64,000 bases of DNA from an uncultured virus (IMG/VR IMGVR_UViG_3300049442_000166) (Duplodnaviria > Heunggongvirae > Uroviricota > Caudoviricetes), in the IMG/VR virus record IMGVR_UViG_3300049442_000166. One strand, written 5' to 3'. Under the pieces are notes generated by a model. It was not told the DNA's origin, did no database searches, and saw nothing but the letters and a program-made list of their open reading frames with translations. The translations under genes were made by a program, and so were the position numbers. This document shows positions 1 to 10,861 of this stretch, one piece after another. Each line of letters opens with the position of its first letter. Positions within the stretch are counted from its first letter, which is position 1.

Positions 1-126
1 CAAGCCGGGATCAAGGTGCATGGACACCTGACGCATCTCGGATGCTTTCGCACCGAGGAGGCTGCCCACGCTGCCTATGTCGCTGCTGGGAAGAAGGCCT
101 TCGGTGAGTTCTTCCATGATGGTTAG
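1..126 (+). CDS. C-terminal end of HNH-AP2 homing endonuclease (partial)
   Basis: Frame 1 reads QAGIKVHGHLTHLGCFRTEEAAHAAYVAAGKKAFGEFFHDG*, matching the AP2-like tails of 49010-49531 and 57854-58399. Confidence 0.75.
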   Translation, partial: QAGIKVHGHLTHLGCFRTEEAAHAAYVAAGKKAFGEFFHDG

Positions 127-1802
127 GTGTTCCGGGTGTCGGAGAAGCTCTGCACTCCGAAGTATACGCTCTCCGGCTCGCGGTCCCAGGCGCGTGCGAC
201 CATCAGCCGTTCATCTGCCAGCCCCTTCAGCAACTGGATGTTGTAGTCAGCCTTGAGGGCGGCACGGCGCTCCGAGTGCTCCGGCCACAGCTCGACGGCG
301 AGGCAGAAGCGCAGCGCGTTATTCCACTCCACCGGAAAGTTGTCCGCGGTGGTGAGGTCGGCAAATGTGGTGAGCGGTAGCTGCACCGTCATCTGCAGGG
401 CTTGGTTGACGTTCCCGGCGGTCGGCCACGTCGACAGCTCGGCGAAGCCCAGCTGCGGATCGAAGAAGAAGCCGGTCACCTCTCCCGGCTCGTCCTTGTT
501 GGTCTGGAAGCTGTAATCGATCCGGCTGTAGACCGTCAGCGGCGTCTCGATCTTGGTCGGTATCCCTAGGTTGCCGGCATAGATGATGCGGCGGGCTGCG
601 GGGGCCTTCAGAGGCCGCGGCAGGTCGTCGGTGTAGGAGATCACCCTGGCGCCGCTGGAGGCCTGTGAGGGCAGCCCGGAGGCCAGTGTGATGGTGGTTC
701 CCGGCACTGCGGCCGCGACTGTCCAGAAGTAGTGCGCCTGCTGCGTCGCGGTGGCATCGAGCACCACGGCGACGTGGTCACCCGCCGCCATGCCGGTGAT
801 CGCGTTGACCGCCAGGGTGGTGGCGCCGGCCGCGGCGGTGCCGGTCAGGAAGGTCTGCCTCCAGGCATTGGAGGCGCAGCAGTGGTCGGGAGATCCGACA
901 CCGATGCGGTAGATCCGCTGGCCGGGCTGCAGGAACAAGGTGGCGTCGCGCTCCGTCCACAGATGTATCCCCAGGCCCTGCCAGGACTGCACCATGGCGT
1001 TGAGCGAGTAGAACCCGTTGTTGATCAGGCCGAGAGTGGGGGTCTCCTGCGCGCCGCAGCCACCGCACAGACGGAGCGCGCCGGCAATCAATTGGTACAC
1101 TGCCTGGGAGAACGGCAGGGTGGTGGTGCCTTGTGGTTCGGTGTCCCAGCCCTGGACGATCTTGAGCTTCTCGTCCGCCAGTTCCTTGAGCATCTTCATC
1201 CGCTCGGCGGGCACGTCGTATTCGGGGCCCAGCTCCACTGCCAGGGCGAAGCGGAGCGCGGAGACCCACTCCTGCGGGATGTCCGCGGTATCGCGCTGGG
1301 TATCGAAGCTCTGCAGCGGGCGCTGGGCGACGAAGCGGGCGAGGCCGGTGGCGGCGGGCGCCGGATAGACCGTCAGGACGCCGAAGGGCAGCTGCGGGTC
1401 GTAGAAGTACTGCACAGGCGGTCCGGGAGGGGTCAGCTTGTTGGACAGGTTGGCGTAGTCCCAGCGCGACATCGGGATCAACGGCTCTTCCTCGGCGCCG
1501 AGGACGAAGCGGCCTTCGGTAATCTTCAGCGGCCTGGGGATGAGCGGCAGGTCCGCGGAGCCGATGCCGATCTGGTAGGAGGCCTGCCCGGCGACCAGCG
1601 GCACGTCGATCGTGCTCTGGGTCCAGACGTGCAGATTGTTGCTCTGCCACGCGTGGATCAGGCCGTTCAATGCGGCGAGCGCGTCCTCGTATTCCTCGGC
1701 CGGTGGGGCTTCACCGGACTGGATGGCGCCGATCAGCCGCAGCCCGCCCGTGATGATTTGATACGTACTGGGATTAAAGGTGTAGTCGCCGCTGGAGGCC
1801 AT
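123..1802 (-). CDS. Head-to-tail adaptor (P22 gp4-like), two tandem copies of the domain
   Basis: Repeated motifs YQ(I/L)IxGxLRL...LNxxxxxWQ...ALRFxLAVEL...LADExL...WDxEP in both halves; located in the virion operon. Confidence 0.6.
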   Translation of the reverse strand: MASSGDYTFNPSTYQIITGGLRLIGAIQSGEAPPAEEYEDALAALNGLIHAWQSNNLHVWTQSTIDVPLVAGQASYQIGIGSADLPLIPRPLKITEGRFVLGAEEEPLIPMSRWDYANLSNKLTPPGPPVQYFYDPQLPFGVLTVYPAPAATGLARFVAQRPLQSFDTQRDTADIPQEWVSALRFALAVELGPEYDVPAERMKMLKELADEKLKIVQGWDTEPQGTTTLPFSQAVYQLIAGALRLCGGCGAQETPTLGLINNGFYSLNAMVQSWQGLGIHLWTERDATLFLQPGQRIYRIGVGSPDHCCASNAWRQTFLTGTAAAGATTLAVNAITGMAAGDHVAVVLDATATQQAHYFWTVAAAVPGTTITLASGLPSQASSGARVISYTDDLPRPLKAPAARRIIYAGNLGIPTKIETPLTVYSRIDYSFQTNKDEPGEVTGFFFDPQLGFAELSTWPTAGNVNQALQMTVQLPLTTFADLTTADNFPVEWNNALRFCLAVELWPEHSERRAALKADYNIQLLKGLADERLMVARAWDREPESVYFGVQSFSDTRNT

Positions 1803-1810
1803 GACCTACC

Positions 1811-3328
1811 TCAGGTGATGATGATCTGCGGGTTGACCCACACTGTGGTGGAGATCTTCCCGAGACGCACGATACCACGCACCCGCCCGGCGACCTGCGG
1901 TGTGAATGTCACTTGGATGTGCTGCTTGACCGGGGTCGATGGCATGTTGTTCCAGGTCACCGTGGAGGTCGGGATGGCGGCTGAGGGTGTCAGTGGACTA
2001 GGCAGGCTGTAGGCAAAGGCGCCGAGCGATGAGCCAGCCGTGGCCTGATACTCCAGCATCAGGTTGATGTCGGTGTTGTTCAGGCTGGCGCTGCTGATGA
2101 TCTCTACGGTCGCGGTGCGCGGAGCACCGACGGTGGTGAGTTCGACGTCCATCCAGAACGTGTCGAGCGTCATCGCGAAAGGATCGCTGCGCGTGCTGGA
2201 CACCAGCTTGTGTGAGAACAGCCCGACATCGTCCTGTGCGCCGCCGACCAGGACTGTCGATCTATCTACGGTGACATCGCCGGCTGGTGTGTGGCGTTCG
2301 TTGATGATGCTCGTACCGTCGAAGCAGTTGACCAATTCGACCTCGTCGGCGGCGCTATTGTAGGAAGCGGTGCCGAGCCGCGCGACGCCCGGGGCAATGC
2401 GGCAGCTATCGAACAGAGCCTTCTGGAATGAGTTGGTGGCGAGGCCGTTGACGAGTGTGTTGGTCACCGCGCTCAGGTCAACGCCCCGGCAGGTGATGTA
2501 CGTCGCGGCGCCGTTTTGAGTGTTGTTGAACAATGCCGCTGGCGCGGTGCCCAGCACGGCTGCTGGCGTATTTATCCAAGTGAAGTCGAACCCGTAGTTG
2601 CTGGGGTTGAGGAGGCGTTGACCGATGGCGTTGAAGGTCACCGTGGTGTTGTCGAAGGTCACCTTCGTCGGGCAAGCGCCGCTTCCCCAGCAGCTAGTGT
2701 TGCTGGTGCTGAAGATGAGGGCGCAATTCTTGAAGTAGTGCGCTTTTGTTCCACTGTTGGAGAAGTAGAATGTGGCTGCCGTGCCAGCGACGTTGAAAGT
2801 GATGCCCTGCCAGTAGGTGTCGGACATCGCATCTAAGATCCAAGGGACGGTGGATGCGATGCTGGCGCCCGACAGGGCGTCGGCGGCGACTGGTGGGACC
2901 GATCCGGCGCGGTTGACCGAGATGGCTTGGGTGAGACCAAACCCCGGGCCGCATAGTTGGTACCAGTTGTTCGCGCTGCTCTCGCTGTGGTCGCTCGACA
3001 GGAAAATCCGGTCCCCGAGCACGATGCGCGAAGACGGGCCGCTGAAGGTCAACTCGTATAAGTTGCCAGCCGCCGCTGCCCAGCCGTAGGTCGACTGGCC
3101 GGTGACATTGGTAAAGGTGGCGCCGCCCGTGGTGACCGTACTGTTGTTGCCTGTTGGCCACGCCGGCTCGGTGGCGGCGGTTCCGGCGGTGGTGCAGCGG
3201 AAGGCGTATTGGGCAGTGAAGGCGGGCGCCGTCAACGGTCGGACGATCTGTCCGACGGTGTAGACGCCGCTCACCGCGAACTGCGTGATCGCTGTCCAGG
3301 CGACGCTCGATACGTACCAATCACTCAA
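1811..3328 (-). CDS. Putative tail/virion structural protein
   Basis: 505 aa, Thr/Ser/Ala-rich beta-type composition, located in the tail cluster. Confidence 0.5.
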   Translation of the reverse strand: MSDWYVSSVAWTAITQFAVSGVYTVGQIVRPLTAPAFTAQYAFRCTTAGTAATEPAWPTGNNSTVTTGGATFTNVTGQSTYGWAAAAGNLYELTFSGPSSRIVLGDRIFLSSDHSESSANNWYQLCGPGFGLTQAISVNRAGSVPPVAADALSGASIASTVPWILDAMSDTYWQGITFNVAGTAATFYFSNSGTKAHYFKNCALIFSTSNTSCWGSGACPTKVTFDNTTVTFNAIGQRLLNPSNYGFDFTWINTPAAVLGTAPAALFNNTQNGAATYITCRGVDLSAVTNTLVNGLATNSFQKALFDSCRIAPGVARLGTASYNSAADEVELVNCFDGTSIINERHTPAGDVTVDRSTVLVGGAQDDVGLFSHKLVSSTRSDPFAMTLDTFWMDVELTTVGAPRTATVEIISSASLNNTDINLMLEYQATAGSSLGAFAYSLPSPLTPSAAIPTSTVTWNNMPSTPVKQHIQVTFTPQVAGRVRGIVRLGKISTTVWVNPQIIIT

Positions 3329-3747
3329 CGAACCGGCTCCATTAGCGCTCGCTCAACAGCCCACCCCAGAACGTCAATCCGGCGTCGGATCGTGCGCGTG
3401 TGAATGCCGGTCTGCTCGGCCCACGCCGCTATGCACTGCGTTGTGCCGTCTAGCGAGATGAGCCGGTTGCTGCGTCTGTTCCGCGCCTGCTCGCTCCTAT
3501 CCGCCCATTCACAATTAGCTGGTGAGTAGCCGAGGGCGTTGTCTATGCGCTCCAAGGTCAGCCCTACCGGAGGTGATCCCGTGTCAGCATAGAACCGCTC
3601 AAAGTCCTGCCATCGGACATCCACACCGATGCCGCGGCCACCATAGTAGGCATAATTCATATGTTTCGTGTCATGACACTTGTGCATCATGTTGTTCCAG
3701 GCATTGTATGCCCGGCCACGATCAGTCGTGTCCCACTTCCTTGCCAT
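3325..3747 (-). CDS. HNH homing endonuclease
   Basis: YYGGRGI...LTLERIDNALGYSPANCEWA...QARNRR motif. Confidence 0.85.
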   Translation of the reverse strand: MARKWDTTDRGRAYNAWNNMMHKCHDTKHMNYAYYGGRGIGVDVRWQDFERFYADTGSPPVGLTLERIDNALGYSPANCEWADRSEQARNRRSNRLISLDGTTQCIAAWAEQTGIHTRTIRRRIDVLGWAVERALMEPVR

Positions 3748-4752
3748 CTAAGCCAATACCATGACACGCGCCTGCACAGCACCACCGACCGGTGGCGCGG
3801 GCGCTGCGGTGGCTTCGGCCACGATCGCACTGAGCGGCAGCGCGAACGTGCTGGTGCCAGTCTGCCATACCACGGCGGAGCCGATGCCGGCGCGGCTGGC
3901 GGAGAGCGCGTAGGCGGGGCCCGTCGGCGGCACGATCCCCAGCGACGCCCATTCCTCGATGGCGATCTGGGTGAGTTGCAAGGCCGGCGCAGTGGGTGCG
4001 CCCCATTCTTCGATGGCGACCTGCGTGAGTTGCAAGACCGGTGCGGCAGAGACCCACTGTTCGACAGCGAGCTGGGTGGTGAGTGCAGAAGTGTCTGTAA
4101 ATGGCGCGGTCGGTGGGGTGAACGCACCGCCATAGCGCGCGGTGCCTTTGGTGATCCGCACCTCGTCCATAATACCTGTGAGACCTTGGGCCGAGGTGTC
4201 GTTACAACCTATGTTCACATTGCGCGTCGAAGCAAAGAACGTGACGGCGGCGGTTGCCGAGGCGATTACCACGCCGTTGGCATAAACCCGCAGCACGTTG
4301 GAAGCGTCACGATCGACCGCGTAGTGTATCCAGGTATTGAGTGTTGGTGTGTAAGCGGCGCCGGGGCCTGGGTTGTCCGTCCCTGTCGTGCTGTAGAAGA
4401 ACGTCAACTGGCCGCCGACCATGCCGAAATACCAGCCGATATTGGTCGATGCTCCACCGGGCCACTGCGTCAGGAAAGCCTGTGTGCCGGCACCGGGCGC
4501 CACCGTATAATAAACCCACGCCTCGAGGGTGAACTGTCCAGCCCCGAAGTTGAAATCGGCGGAATAGTTAGCTTCGATCCTGGTGCCTGATCCAGCGGTG
4601 AAACTCGTGCAGCCGGTGCCGAACTTGGGGTTTGTGGTGCTGACAAGGGCAGTATTGCCGACATTCGTCAGCGTGTGCGCGCTCGGCGAAACATCGGTGA
4701 ATGTCGTCGAGCCGTTGGTGCCATCGAAGTGGCAGAGAAGAACGACCGGCAT
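3748..4752 (-). CDS. LamG/concanavalin-A-like domain tail protein
   Basis: LLCHFDG, FTLEAWV, WIHYAV, GIMDEVRITKG motifs typical of phage LamG-3 domains. Confidence 0.8.
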   Translation of the reverse strand: MPVVLLCHFDGTNGSTTFTDVSPSAHTLTNVGNTALVSTTNPKFGTGCTSFTAGSGTRIEANYSADFNFGAGQFTLEAWVYYTVAPGAGTQAFLTQWPGGASTNIGWYFGMVGGQLTFFYSTTGTDNPGPGAAYTPTLNTWIHYAVDRDASNVLRVYANGVVIASATAAVTFFASTRNVNIGCNDTSAQGLTGIMDEVRITKGTARYGGAFTPPTAPFTDTSALTTQLAVEQWVSAAPVLQLTQVAIEEWGAPTAPALQLTQIAIEEWASLGIVPPTGPAYALSASRAGIGSAVVWQTGTSTFALPLSAIVAEATAAPAPPVGGAVQARVMVLA

Positions 4753-4756
4753 CGCG

Positions 4757-6259
4757 CTAGGCCGTCACAATCGGGCCGATCGTCACGCTATTCACCGCCG
4801 TCGCGGTCCAGGCCGCGCTGGTATTTGGATCGACCGTATCGGTGCGCCACAGCCAAGCCCAGTTGGTGCTCAGTGAGGTTGATGGGCTCTGTACCGTGGC
4901 AGCGCCGCTCTTGAGCTGCACCGCGCCACTGCGAGCGCCGGCATCGGACTTCTCAAGGTAGCCACGCGTGGTGACCGCAATCACCGAGGCCGGCGTCGAG
5001 GCAATGGCGGCGATGTTATAGAAGTCCGCGTCGCCGACCGTGCCGTCGTAAACATACGTCGTCGTGCCGTCATAGAACGCCTCGCTGACGAAGTCCGCGT
5101 TGTTGGTCGGCGTGATGTTGATTGTGGAAGTCACTGGGTATTGTCCCGAGGACGTGACCGGACTGGCGCTCGGGAAGCTTGCGTAGGCGACAGCCGAGCC
5201 GAGGCGCCCGATAGTGCCGGAGGCAGTCGGGCAGTTAAAAGTCGCTGTGACGTCGTGGCTGACACCAAACCAGTAGATCGTGCCTTTGGTGACCGCGACC
5301 GGCGTGCCGAATGTAAACGTGTTGTTGCCGAGCACTGGGTTGACGACGATGGTGGCCGATCCGAGAACGGCGGCAGGACCAATCGAACCGGGAGCGGCGC
5401 CGGTCGTATCGGCAAAGATCGACATCTTGCAGTTGCCGGTGAAGCCGGTGTTAAGGTTGGCAAGGATGCTCCCGATTGTGCCGGTGACGGTGGGCGTGAA
5501 GGGGGAATAGCGAGCCGTGGCGGTCGCGTCGGTTCCGGTGGTGCTCGCTGCGGAGGTTATCGGTGTCGGGTTCGGGGCTGATGCGAACTGCGCCGAAGAT
5601 ATCGTGCTCGGCATCCGCACATAGCAACGAATGTCACCCACCCACGGCACAGCTGAGGCGTCGCTGCGCCACAGAAAATCATCAAAGAATTGAGCATTCA
5701 CACCGCCGCCGGTATACATGCCGACGCCGACCCGGTTGCAGTAGTTGTTGGCTGAGCCGGCGCGCGTGTTCAGGGAGCCCAGCGTGAAATCGTTGGCGGG
5801 GTTGCCGTTCTTGCGGACAGTAAACGAGCCTGTGGTGTTGTTGACCACCACTTCAAGCTCAAACGAATACCAGACGCCGGAAACCGTATACGCGCCGGTA
5901 TAGGTCGCCAGTGCCGCACCAGCTGGCGTTCCCGAATAAAGCACGATCGCTCCATCCTGCCGAAATCCGATGCAGCACTGATTGTTGGCGCCGTCCATAA
6001 GCTGGATTGTCATGCCGATCGTCGTACCGCCAATGCTGGCACTCTGCATGAAGGCGACGTTGAACTTATGCACCGCGTCGTTGACGTTGCTGGCCTTGAA
6101 CAGAACGCTGCCGTTACCGCTGCCTATTTGCATACATTTGCTGTTGGCAAACCGGCCAACCGCGAGGCTCCAAAAACTAACGCCGCTATCCCAATACCCC
6201 AGCAAGGGGTCGCCGACCGCTGCGTAGAGATCGAAACTGTCACCAAAGGTCCATGCCAT
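4757..6259 (-). CDS. Putative tail/virion protein
   Basis: 500 aa beta-rich ORF, tightly packed in the tail cluster. Confidence 0.5.
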   Translation of the reverse strand: MAWTFGDSFDLYAAVGDPLLGYWDSGVSFWSLAVGRFANSKCMQIGSGNGSVLFKASNVNDAVHKFNVAFMQSASIGGTTIGMTIQLMDGANNQCCIGFRQDGAIVLYSGTPAGAALATYTGAYTVSGVWYSFELEVVVNNTTGSFTVRKNGNPANDFTLGSLNTRAGSANNYCNRVGVGMYTGGGVNAQFFDDFLWRSDASAVPWVGDIRCYVRMPSTISSAQFASAPNPTPITSAASTTGTDATATARYSPFTPTVTGTIGSILANLNTGFTGNCKMSIFADTTGAAPGSIGPAAVLGSATIVVNPVLGNNTFTFGTPVAVTKGTIYWFGVSHDVTATFNCPTASGTIGRLGSAVAYASFPSASPVTSSGQYPVTSTINITPTNNADFVSEAFYDGTTTYVYDGTVGDADFYNIAAIASTPASVIAVTTRGYLEKSDAGARSGAVQLKSGAATVQSPSTSLSTNWAWLWRTDTVDPNTSAAWTATAVNSVTIGPIVTA

Positions 6260-6261
6260 CG

Positions 6262-8496
6262 CTAAACCCTCGCCGCAAGTACGGTAATACCCAAATCGCT
6301 GAGCGATGCGTCCTGTGTCGGTGCGACGATCTGCAGCACATCACCGACCGCCAGTGAGCCGCCTGTGCCGGCCAGCGTGCAGCTGGTGTTCGAGGCGCTG
6401 GTGACCGTCACTGTGCCGAGCGCAGTCGTCGCACCAGCCACCGTGATACGGTTCACCGTGAACACCGCACTCGCTGTCGTTTTGGTGGTGTCATACACGA
6501 CGGTCCCTGCCAGGGCGGATGGTATCGTCACCGCGAACGCCATCGGGACATTGACCACCGCCGCCGTGCTCGGTTTCCCGGAGAACGGGAAACTAATCGG
6601 CAGCTGCTGAACTTCCGTTGGCAGTTGGAGATAGGTCGCCACGCCAGTGAGCGAGGAGAACGCCTGCGCCGGCACCGCTTTCCATGTCCCGTCGCCACAC
6701 CAGAACGTCGTGCCGCTTGCGCCCGTGCCGCCAGCCAGTCTCGCTACCGCCAGATTGCCGCTGGTGATGTTGGTCGCGTTGGTGGTGTCGAGGGTCGCCG
6801 ATGGCGCGAAGGCGGTGCCGTTGGTCTTGGTGACCGTCAGAGCCCCCGCCGCGCTCAGCGTTGCGTCGCTGGTCATCGTCTTGGACTGCGCTGTCGTGCC
6901 GTCCATGATGAGGATATTGCCGGCGGTCGCTGTCATCGCGCCGAGCGGCGTGCCGTTGAGCTTGGCCACCGCCGGGCTGGGGTAGGTGCCGCTCAGATCG
7001 CCACCAGCTGTGCCAGATGGCGCGCCACCCGTGGCAGATAGATTGCCGCCCGTGAGCGTCAGTCCGGAGCCGAGTGTGTTGACCGTGCCGGCGTTCCACT
7101 GCACCGACAAGGTGCCAGTGGCGGTGATCGGGCCACCGAAGATGCCGGGACTAGTCGTGGCGATGCTGGTGACCGTGCCGCCACCACCGCTCTTGGTGCT
7201 GCCATTGGCGATCGCAGTGATGCGACCGTCGGTCGTCACCGTAAGGTTGGTGTTGGTGTAGGAGCCCGCCGTGATGCCGGTCGTGGTCAGGGTGGGGTTC
7301 GGGTAGGTGCCCGTCAGCGAGCCGCCTGCGGGCCCTGTGGGCGAGCCCATAGCCAGGGCGGCACCATTGGCCGCCGCGGTCACACGGCCCTTGGCGTCCA
7401 CCGTGATGGCGGCGTTGGTGTAGCTGCCGGCGGTGACCGTCGTCGTCTTCAGCGTCGGGCTCGGGTAGGTGCCGACCAGATCGCCACCCGCCGCGCCGGT
7501 CGGCGCAGTGCTGCCGTTGGCTGCGGTGAGGAGGCGTCCTTTGCTATCGCAAGTGATGTTGGCGTTCGTGTAGCTGCCGGCAGCGACCGAGGTGACCGCC
7601 AGAGTAGGGTTCGGGTAGCTCCCAGTCAGATCGCCGCCGGCTGGTCCGGAGGGCGCCGAGGGCGCTAGCAGCGCGCCGTTGGCCAATGCGGTAATGCGCC
7701 CGTCAGCACCGCACGTCACCGTGGCATAGGTGTAGGTGCCGGCTGCGACGCCGCTGGCCGCAATGGTGGGGTTGGGATAGGTGCCCGCCAACGACCCGCC
7801 GGCAGGCCCGATCGGGAAGGACGGCGGAAGGGCGGTCTTGGTGTCGACATACTGCTTCGTCGCGATGCCGAGTGCGGTCGTGGGATCGGTCGCTACCGTC
7901 GCGGTGCCGCCGGTAATGCGCAGCCCGTTTGGCAGCACCAGCTGGCCGGTGGCGCGCTCCACCCGCAGCGTGGCATTGCCCACGCCATCGAGCGGCGCAC
8001 CATTGTCGGCGTAGCGGAATAGCGAGAAGTCGCTGCCGACGTTGCTGCCGCTCTCCGGCCGGGTGTCGGGGAGCTGCAGCTGCCAGCGATACACTCCGGC
8101 ACGCGTCGCCGCGATCGCTCCGGCGGCTCCGGCAGGCGCCGACAGATAAACCCCAGGCCAGGGCGTGTCGGGGTATGCCACGGTGGAGGTGCCGATGAGA
8201 TTGAGCACCGGGCCGATGGTGTCGGGCGGTGCGTCGTACTGGATCGTGAGGGCGCCGGTCATCGTGCCGCCCGAGGCCGGCAGCACCTGCACCCAGCTGG
8301 CATTGACCCGGCCATACACGATGCCGTCGCGCGGGGCGTCGTCGACCAGACCGCCGATCGCCGCCTGGATCTGCCCGAGCGACATCTGCCGTGTGTGCGG
8401 TGTCTGCCCAGGCTGCCACGCGGCGACGGTGTCGCTGGTCGTCGGGGTGACGGCGTACGGCAGATCACCGACGCGTTCGACGAGGGTCTCGCTCAT
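6262..8496 (-). CDS. Tail fibre protein
   Basis: Repeated GPAGG(D/S)LxGxYPNPT...GSYTNxxITxDxxGR units; DAPRDG and ATKQYVD fibre motifs. Confidence 0.75.
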   Translation of the reverse strand: MSETLVERVGDLPYAVTPTTSDTVAAWQPGQTPHTRQMSLGQIQAAIGGLVDDAPRDGIVYGRVNASWVQVLPASGGTMTGALTIQYDAPPDTIGPVLNLIGTSTVAYPDTPWPGVYLSAPAGAAGAIAATRAGVYRWQLQLPDTRPESGSNVGSDFSLFRYADNGAPLDGVGNATLRVERATGQLVLPNGLRITGGTATVATDPTTALGIATKQYVDTKTALPPSFPIGPAGGSLAGTYPNPTIAASGVAAGTYTYATVTCGADGRITALANGALLAPSAPSGPAGGDLTGSYPNPTLAVTSVAAGSYTNANITCDSKGRLLTAANGSTAPTGAAGGDLVGTYPSPTLKTTTVTAGSYTNAAITVDAKGRVTAAANGAALAMGSPTGPAGGSLTGTYPNPTLTTTGITAGSYTNTNLTVTTDGRITAIANGSTKSGGGGTVTSIATTSPGIFGGPITATGTLSVQWNAGTVNTLGSGLTLTGGNLSATGGAPSGTAGGDLSGTYPSPAVAKLNGTPLGAMTATAGNILIMDGTTAQSKTMTSDATLSAAGALTVTKTNGTAFAPSATLDTTNATNITSGNLAVARLAGGTGASGTTFWCGDGTWKAVPAQAFSSLTGVATYLQLPTEVQQLPISFPFSGKPSTAAVVNVPMAFAVTIPSALAGTVVYDTTKTTASAVFTVNRITVAGATTALGTVTVTSASNTSCTLAGTGGSLAVGDVLQIVAPTQDASLSDLGITVLAARV

Positions 8497-9044
8497 GACC
8501 CGACCGAGAGCAGGTCGGCGTTGTCGTCGCCGATCAGGACGCCTGCATCGTCTACCAGGAACGGTGGCGCATCCGACGGGCCGATGTTCAGCATGGTGTT
8601 CTCGATCGGCGATCCGATGGTGCCACCGACACCGTGCGGCAGGGCTGGTGTCAGCCGGATGATGTTGCCCTCGATGCCGGTGATCGTCGGGAAGTAGTTC
8701 TCGCCATTATCCAGCATCAACGCGACCTTGTCGTTGACAGTGAACCCCTCCGCGGTGTCGACCTGCACGAAGTGGGTCAACCGCGGCGCATAGGTGGTGA
8801 CGAACGTCGCAACAACGACGAAGCGGTTCGGCTGGCGGGGCCGCGCCTCGGCGATCGACTGGTCGTCGGCGATGCCGCGCACGAAGTCCTGCGGATGCTG
8901 CGGCTCCCAGCGCTTGGCATCTACCAGGAGACCGCCGGTCTGCCCGCCTGGGATCTTGCGCGCCTGACTGTGCTTCAGGCGGAAGCCTGAGATGTCATCG
9001 ATGACGTTGTAGTCGCCGGGTTTGTACCATGTGCCGTACGGCAT
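8493..9044 (-). CDS. Hypothetical virion-cluster protein
   Basis: 183 aa ORF overlapping the next start (ATGA); [12 protein letters not shown] motif. Confidence 0.5.
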   Translation of the reverse strand: MPYGTWYKPGDYNVIDDISGFRLKHSQARKIPGGQTGGLLVDAKRWEPQHPQDFVRGIADDQSIAEARPRQPNRFVVVATFVTTYAPRLTHFVQVDTAEGFTVNDKVALMLDNGENYFPTITGIEGNIIRLTPALPHGVGGTIGSPIENTMLNIGPSDAPPFLVDDAGVLIGDDNADLLSVGS

Positions 9045-9048
9045 AGCG

Positions 9049-9225
9049 TTACCCTCTTAGGATGAAACCGAAGACGCGCCAGCCGATAAGAAACAACAAA
9101 ACGAACACCCAGATGCCATTGAACCGCGGCACATGCGGGCTGCCGGAATACGGTCCCCAGTAGCCACCGATGTAGAAGATGATGGCAAGCAACATGAGCA
9201 GCCAGAACAGGAACCCGATATCCAT
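9049..9225 (-). CDS. Small membrane protein (58 aa, not in the ORF track)
   Basis: MDIGFLFWLLMLLAIIFYIGGYWG...VFVLLFLIGWRVFGFILRG*, two hydrophobic segments, abuts the upstream stop. Confidence 0.6.
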   Translation of the reverse strand: MDIGFLFWLLMLLAIIFYIGGYWGPYSGSPHVPRFNGIWVFVLLFLIGWRVFGFILRG

Positions 9226-9408
9226 TTAGAGCGGCCCTCCGCGACCGAGCAGCAGCCACACCAGCAGCACGATCAGGATGATCCCGACAATGCCGACGCC
9301 GCCGTAATGCGTCGGCCCCCAGCCGTAGCGTGGGCCGAGGTAAACGCCGCCGCCGCCGAACAGGATAACGATCAGCAGGATCAACAGGATCAGCCCCAGC
9401 AGTGACAT
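9226..9408 (-). CDS. Small membrane protein, DUF3309-like
   Basis: Two TM segments joined by GGGG..YGWGP. Confidence 0.6.
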   Translation of the reverse strand: MSLLGLILLILLIVILFGGGGVYLGPRYGWGPTHYGGVGIVGIILIVLLVWLLLGRGGPL

Positions 9409-9418
9409 CGTCTTATCC

Positions 9419-9859
9419 TCAGCTCTGCGGGATACCTTTGCTGCATTTTAGTATGATTGTGTAACCGCCGTTGGCGACCGCGGCGGCTGTGGTGAAGTCG
9501 ATGCTGCCGGTGATCCCCGCGACACCGGTTGGTGGCGTGAAGCCGCCGAAGCCGCCGCGGTTGGCGTCGAGGAACTGCCAGTTGTCGCTTTGGCTGAGCA
9601 CGAAGATGTCGCGGTTGGTCGTCGCGTGCCACTGCACGCGCAACACCATCCCCGACACCGAGAACCACACCGAGACGATCTGCAGGTGGATGCCGGGATA
9701 GAGGGTGTTGCCCTGGAACACGAGCCCGTAGGGCCCGGTCGAGGTGGCATCGATCTTGGTGACGCCAACCTCGCCCGTGGCATCGGACAAGCTAGTGAAC
9801 TTGGCCACGAGGAAGCGCGGCCCGTTCTCCAGTATCTGACTGGAAACTAAATCAGCCAC
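9419..9859 (-). CDS. Hypothetical virion protein
   Basis: 146 aa, GAGG RBS, operon context. Confidence 0.5.
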   Translation of the reverse strand: MADLVSSQILENGPRFLVAKFTSLSDATGEVGVTKIDATSTGPYGLVFQGNTLYPGIHLQIVSVWFSVSGMVLRVQWHATTNRDIFVLSQSDNWQFLDANRGGFGGFTPPTGVAGITGSIDFTTAAAVANGGYTIILKCSKGIPQS

Positions 9860-9869
9860 GAGTGCCTCC

Positions 9870-10811
9870 TCAGGCCTGGAAGACCCCGAACATGCCTTGG
9901 TTGATGCCGAAGGTCGGGTTGGTCATCTGCGGTATCCACGGGCGCTGGAACAGCGTTAGCCGCTTGGCACCATCCGTGGCGCTCGGGGGTATCCAGGTGC
10001 CGCAGGTGTCGCCCAGCAAGTTGGTCGACGGAATGGTCGTCACGCCGGCCACGAACGTGCCCACGCCATACAGCACGGCGTTGTTGAAGAAGCCGTAGAG
10101 CTGGCTCTGCTGTGCGGCATAGAACGGCAGCCCGATGGTGTCCGAGGTGCCGATCGACACGTTGGAGCCCGACAGCGTGCCGGTGCACACCGCGCTGAGC
10201 AGCGCCTTGAACGCCTTGGTCGAGGTCACTGGGACCGCGTTGCCCATCGTCAGCCGTTGCGTCATGAGGTAGCCGTACTGATCGACGCCGGTCAGCAGGA
10301 TCGTCGCGGCGCTGTCGTTGCCGACGCTGCTGACGGTGATGCAGCGTTCGATCATGGTGGCGCTGTCGTAGGCGTAGGCCTGCTGCTTGCCGAAGCCGAA
10401 CCGCTGGTAGACCGGGATCGCCTGCACAAAGCGCCCAGTGATCGGCACCAGCTGCCCGCCGGGGAACATCTGCGTCGGCGTGGTCGGCACGATCACCCCA
10501 GCGCCGGAGGCGACGACCAGGGTCATTGGCGTACCGGCGACCGGGACTTGCGCCGCTGCGAAGGCCGCGGCTGCCAGGGTGGCCGGCACCACATCGAGCA
10601 CCGGGTAGAGGCCCGGGTCGGGCCAGCCGATCACCTGCGGCGCGAAGGCCGAGGTGCCGGTGTTCCACAGCCAACGGCTGTCCTGGATACCCATGCCGGC
10701 GGCATCGAAGGACATCGACACCGCGGGTGGCTGGCTGGCGCCCACGCGCGACCCTGGCGGGTTGCGCCCCATCACGCGGTGGGCGGGGGCGTAGAGTGCG
10801 GTGCGTGCCAT
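9870..10811 (-). CDS. Hypothetical virion protein
   Basis: 313 aa, AAGGA RBS, downstream of capsid genes. Confidence 0.5.
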   Translation of the reverse strand: MARTALYAPAHRVMGRNPPGSRVGASQPPAVSMSFDAAGMGIQDSRWLWNTGTSAFAPQVIGWPDPGLYPVLDVVPATLAAAAFAAAQVPVAGTPMTLVVASGAGVIVPTTPTQMFPGGQLVPITGRFVQAIPVYQRFGFGKQQAYAYDSATMIERCITVSSVGNDSAATILLTGVDQYGYLMTQRLTMGNAVPVTSTKAFKALLSAVCTGTLSGSNVSIGTSDTIGLPFYAAQQSQLYGFFNNAVLYGVGTFVAGVTTIPSTNLLGDTCGTWIPPSATDGAKRLTLFQRPWIPQMTNPTFGINQGMFGVFQA

Positions 10812-10861
10812 TAGGTTGTCCTTTCAGCGCACAGAGTGCGGGGCAGAAGGAGGGTGAGGGG

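Noticed and set aside
732..2012. Long antisense or alternative-frame ORFs here and throughout the window
   Set aside because: They are shadow ORFs of high-GC coding sequence, with no motifs or RBS.
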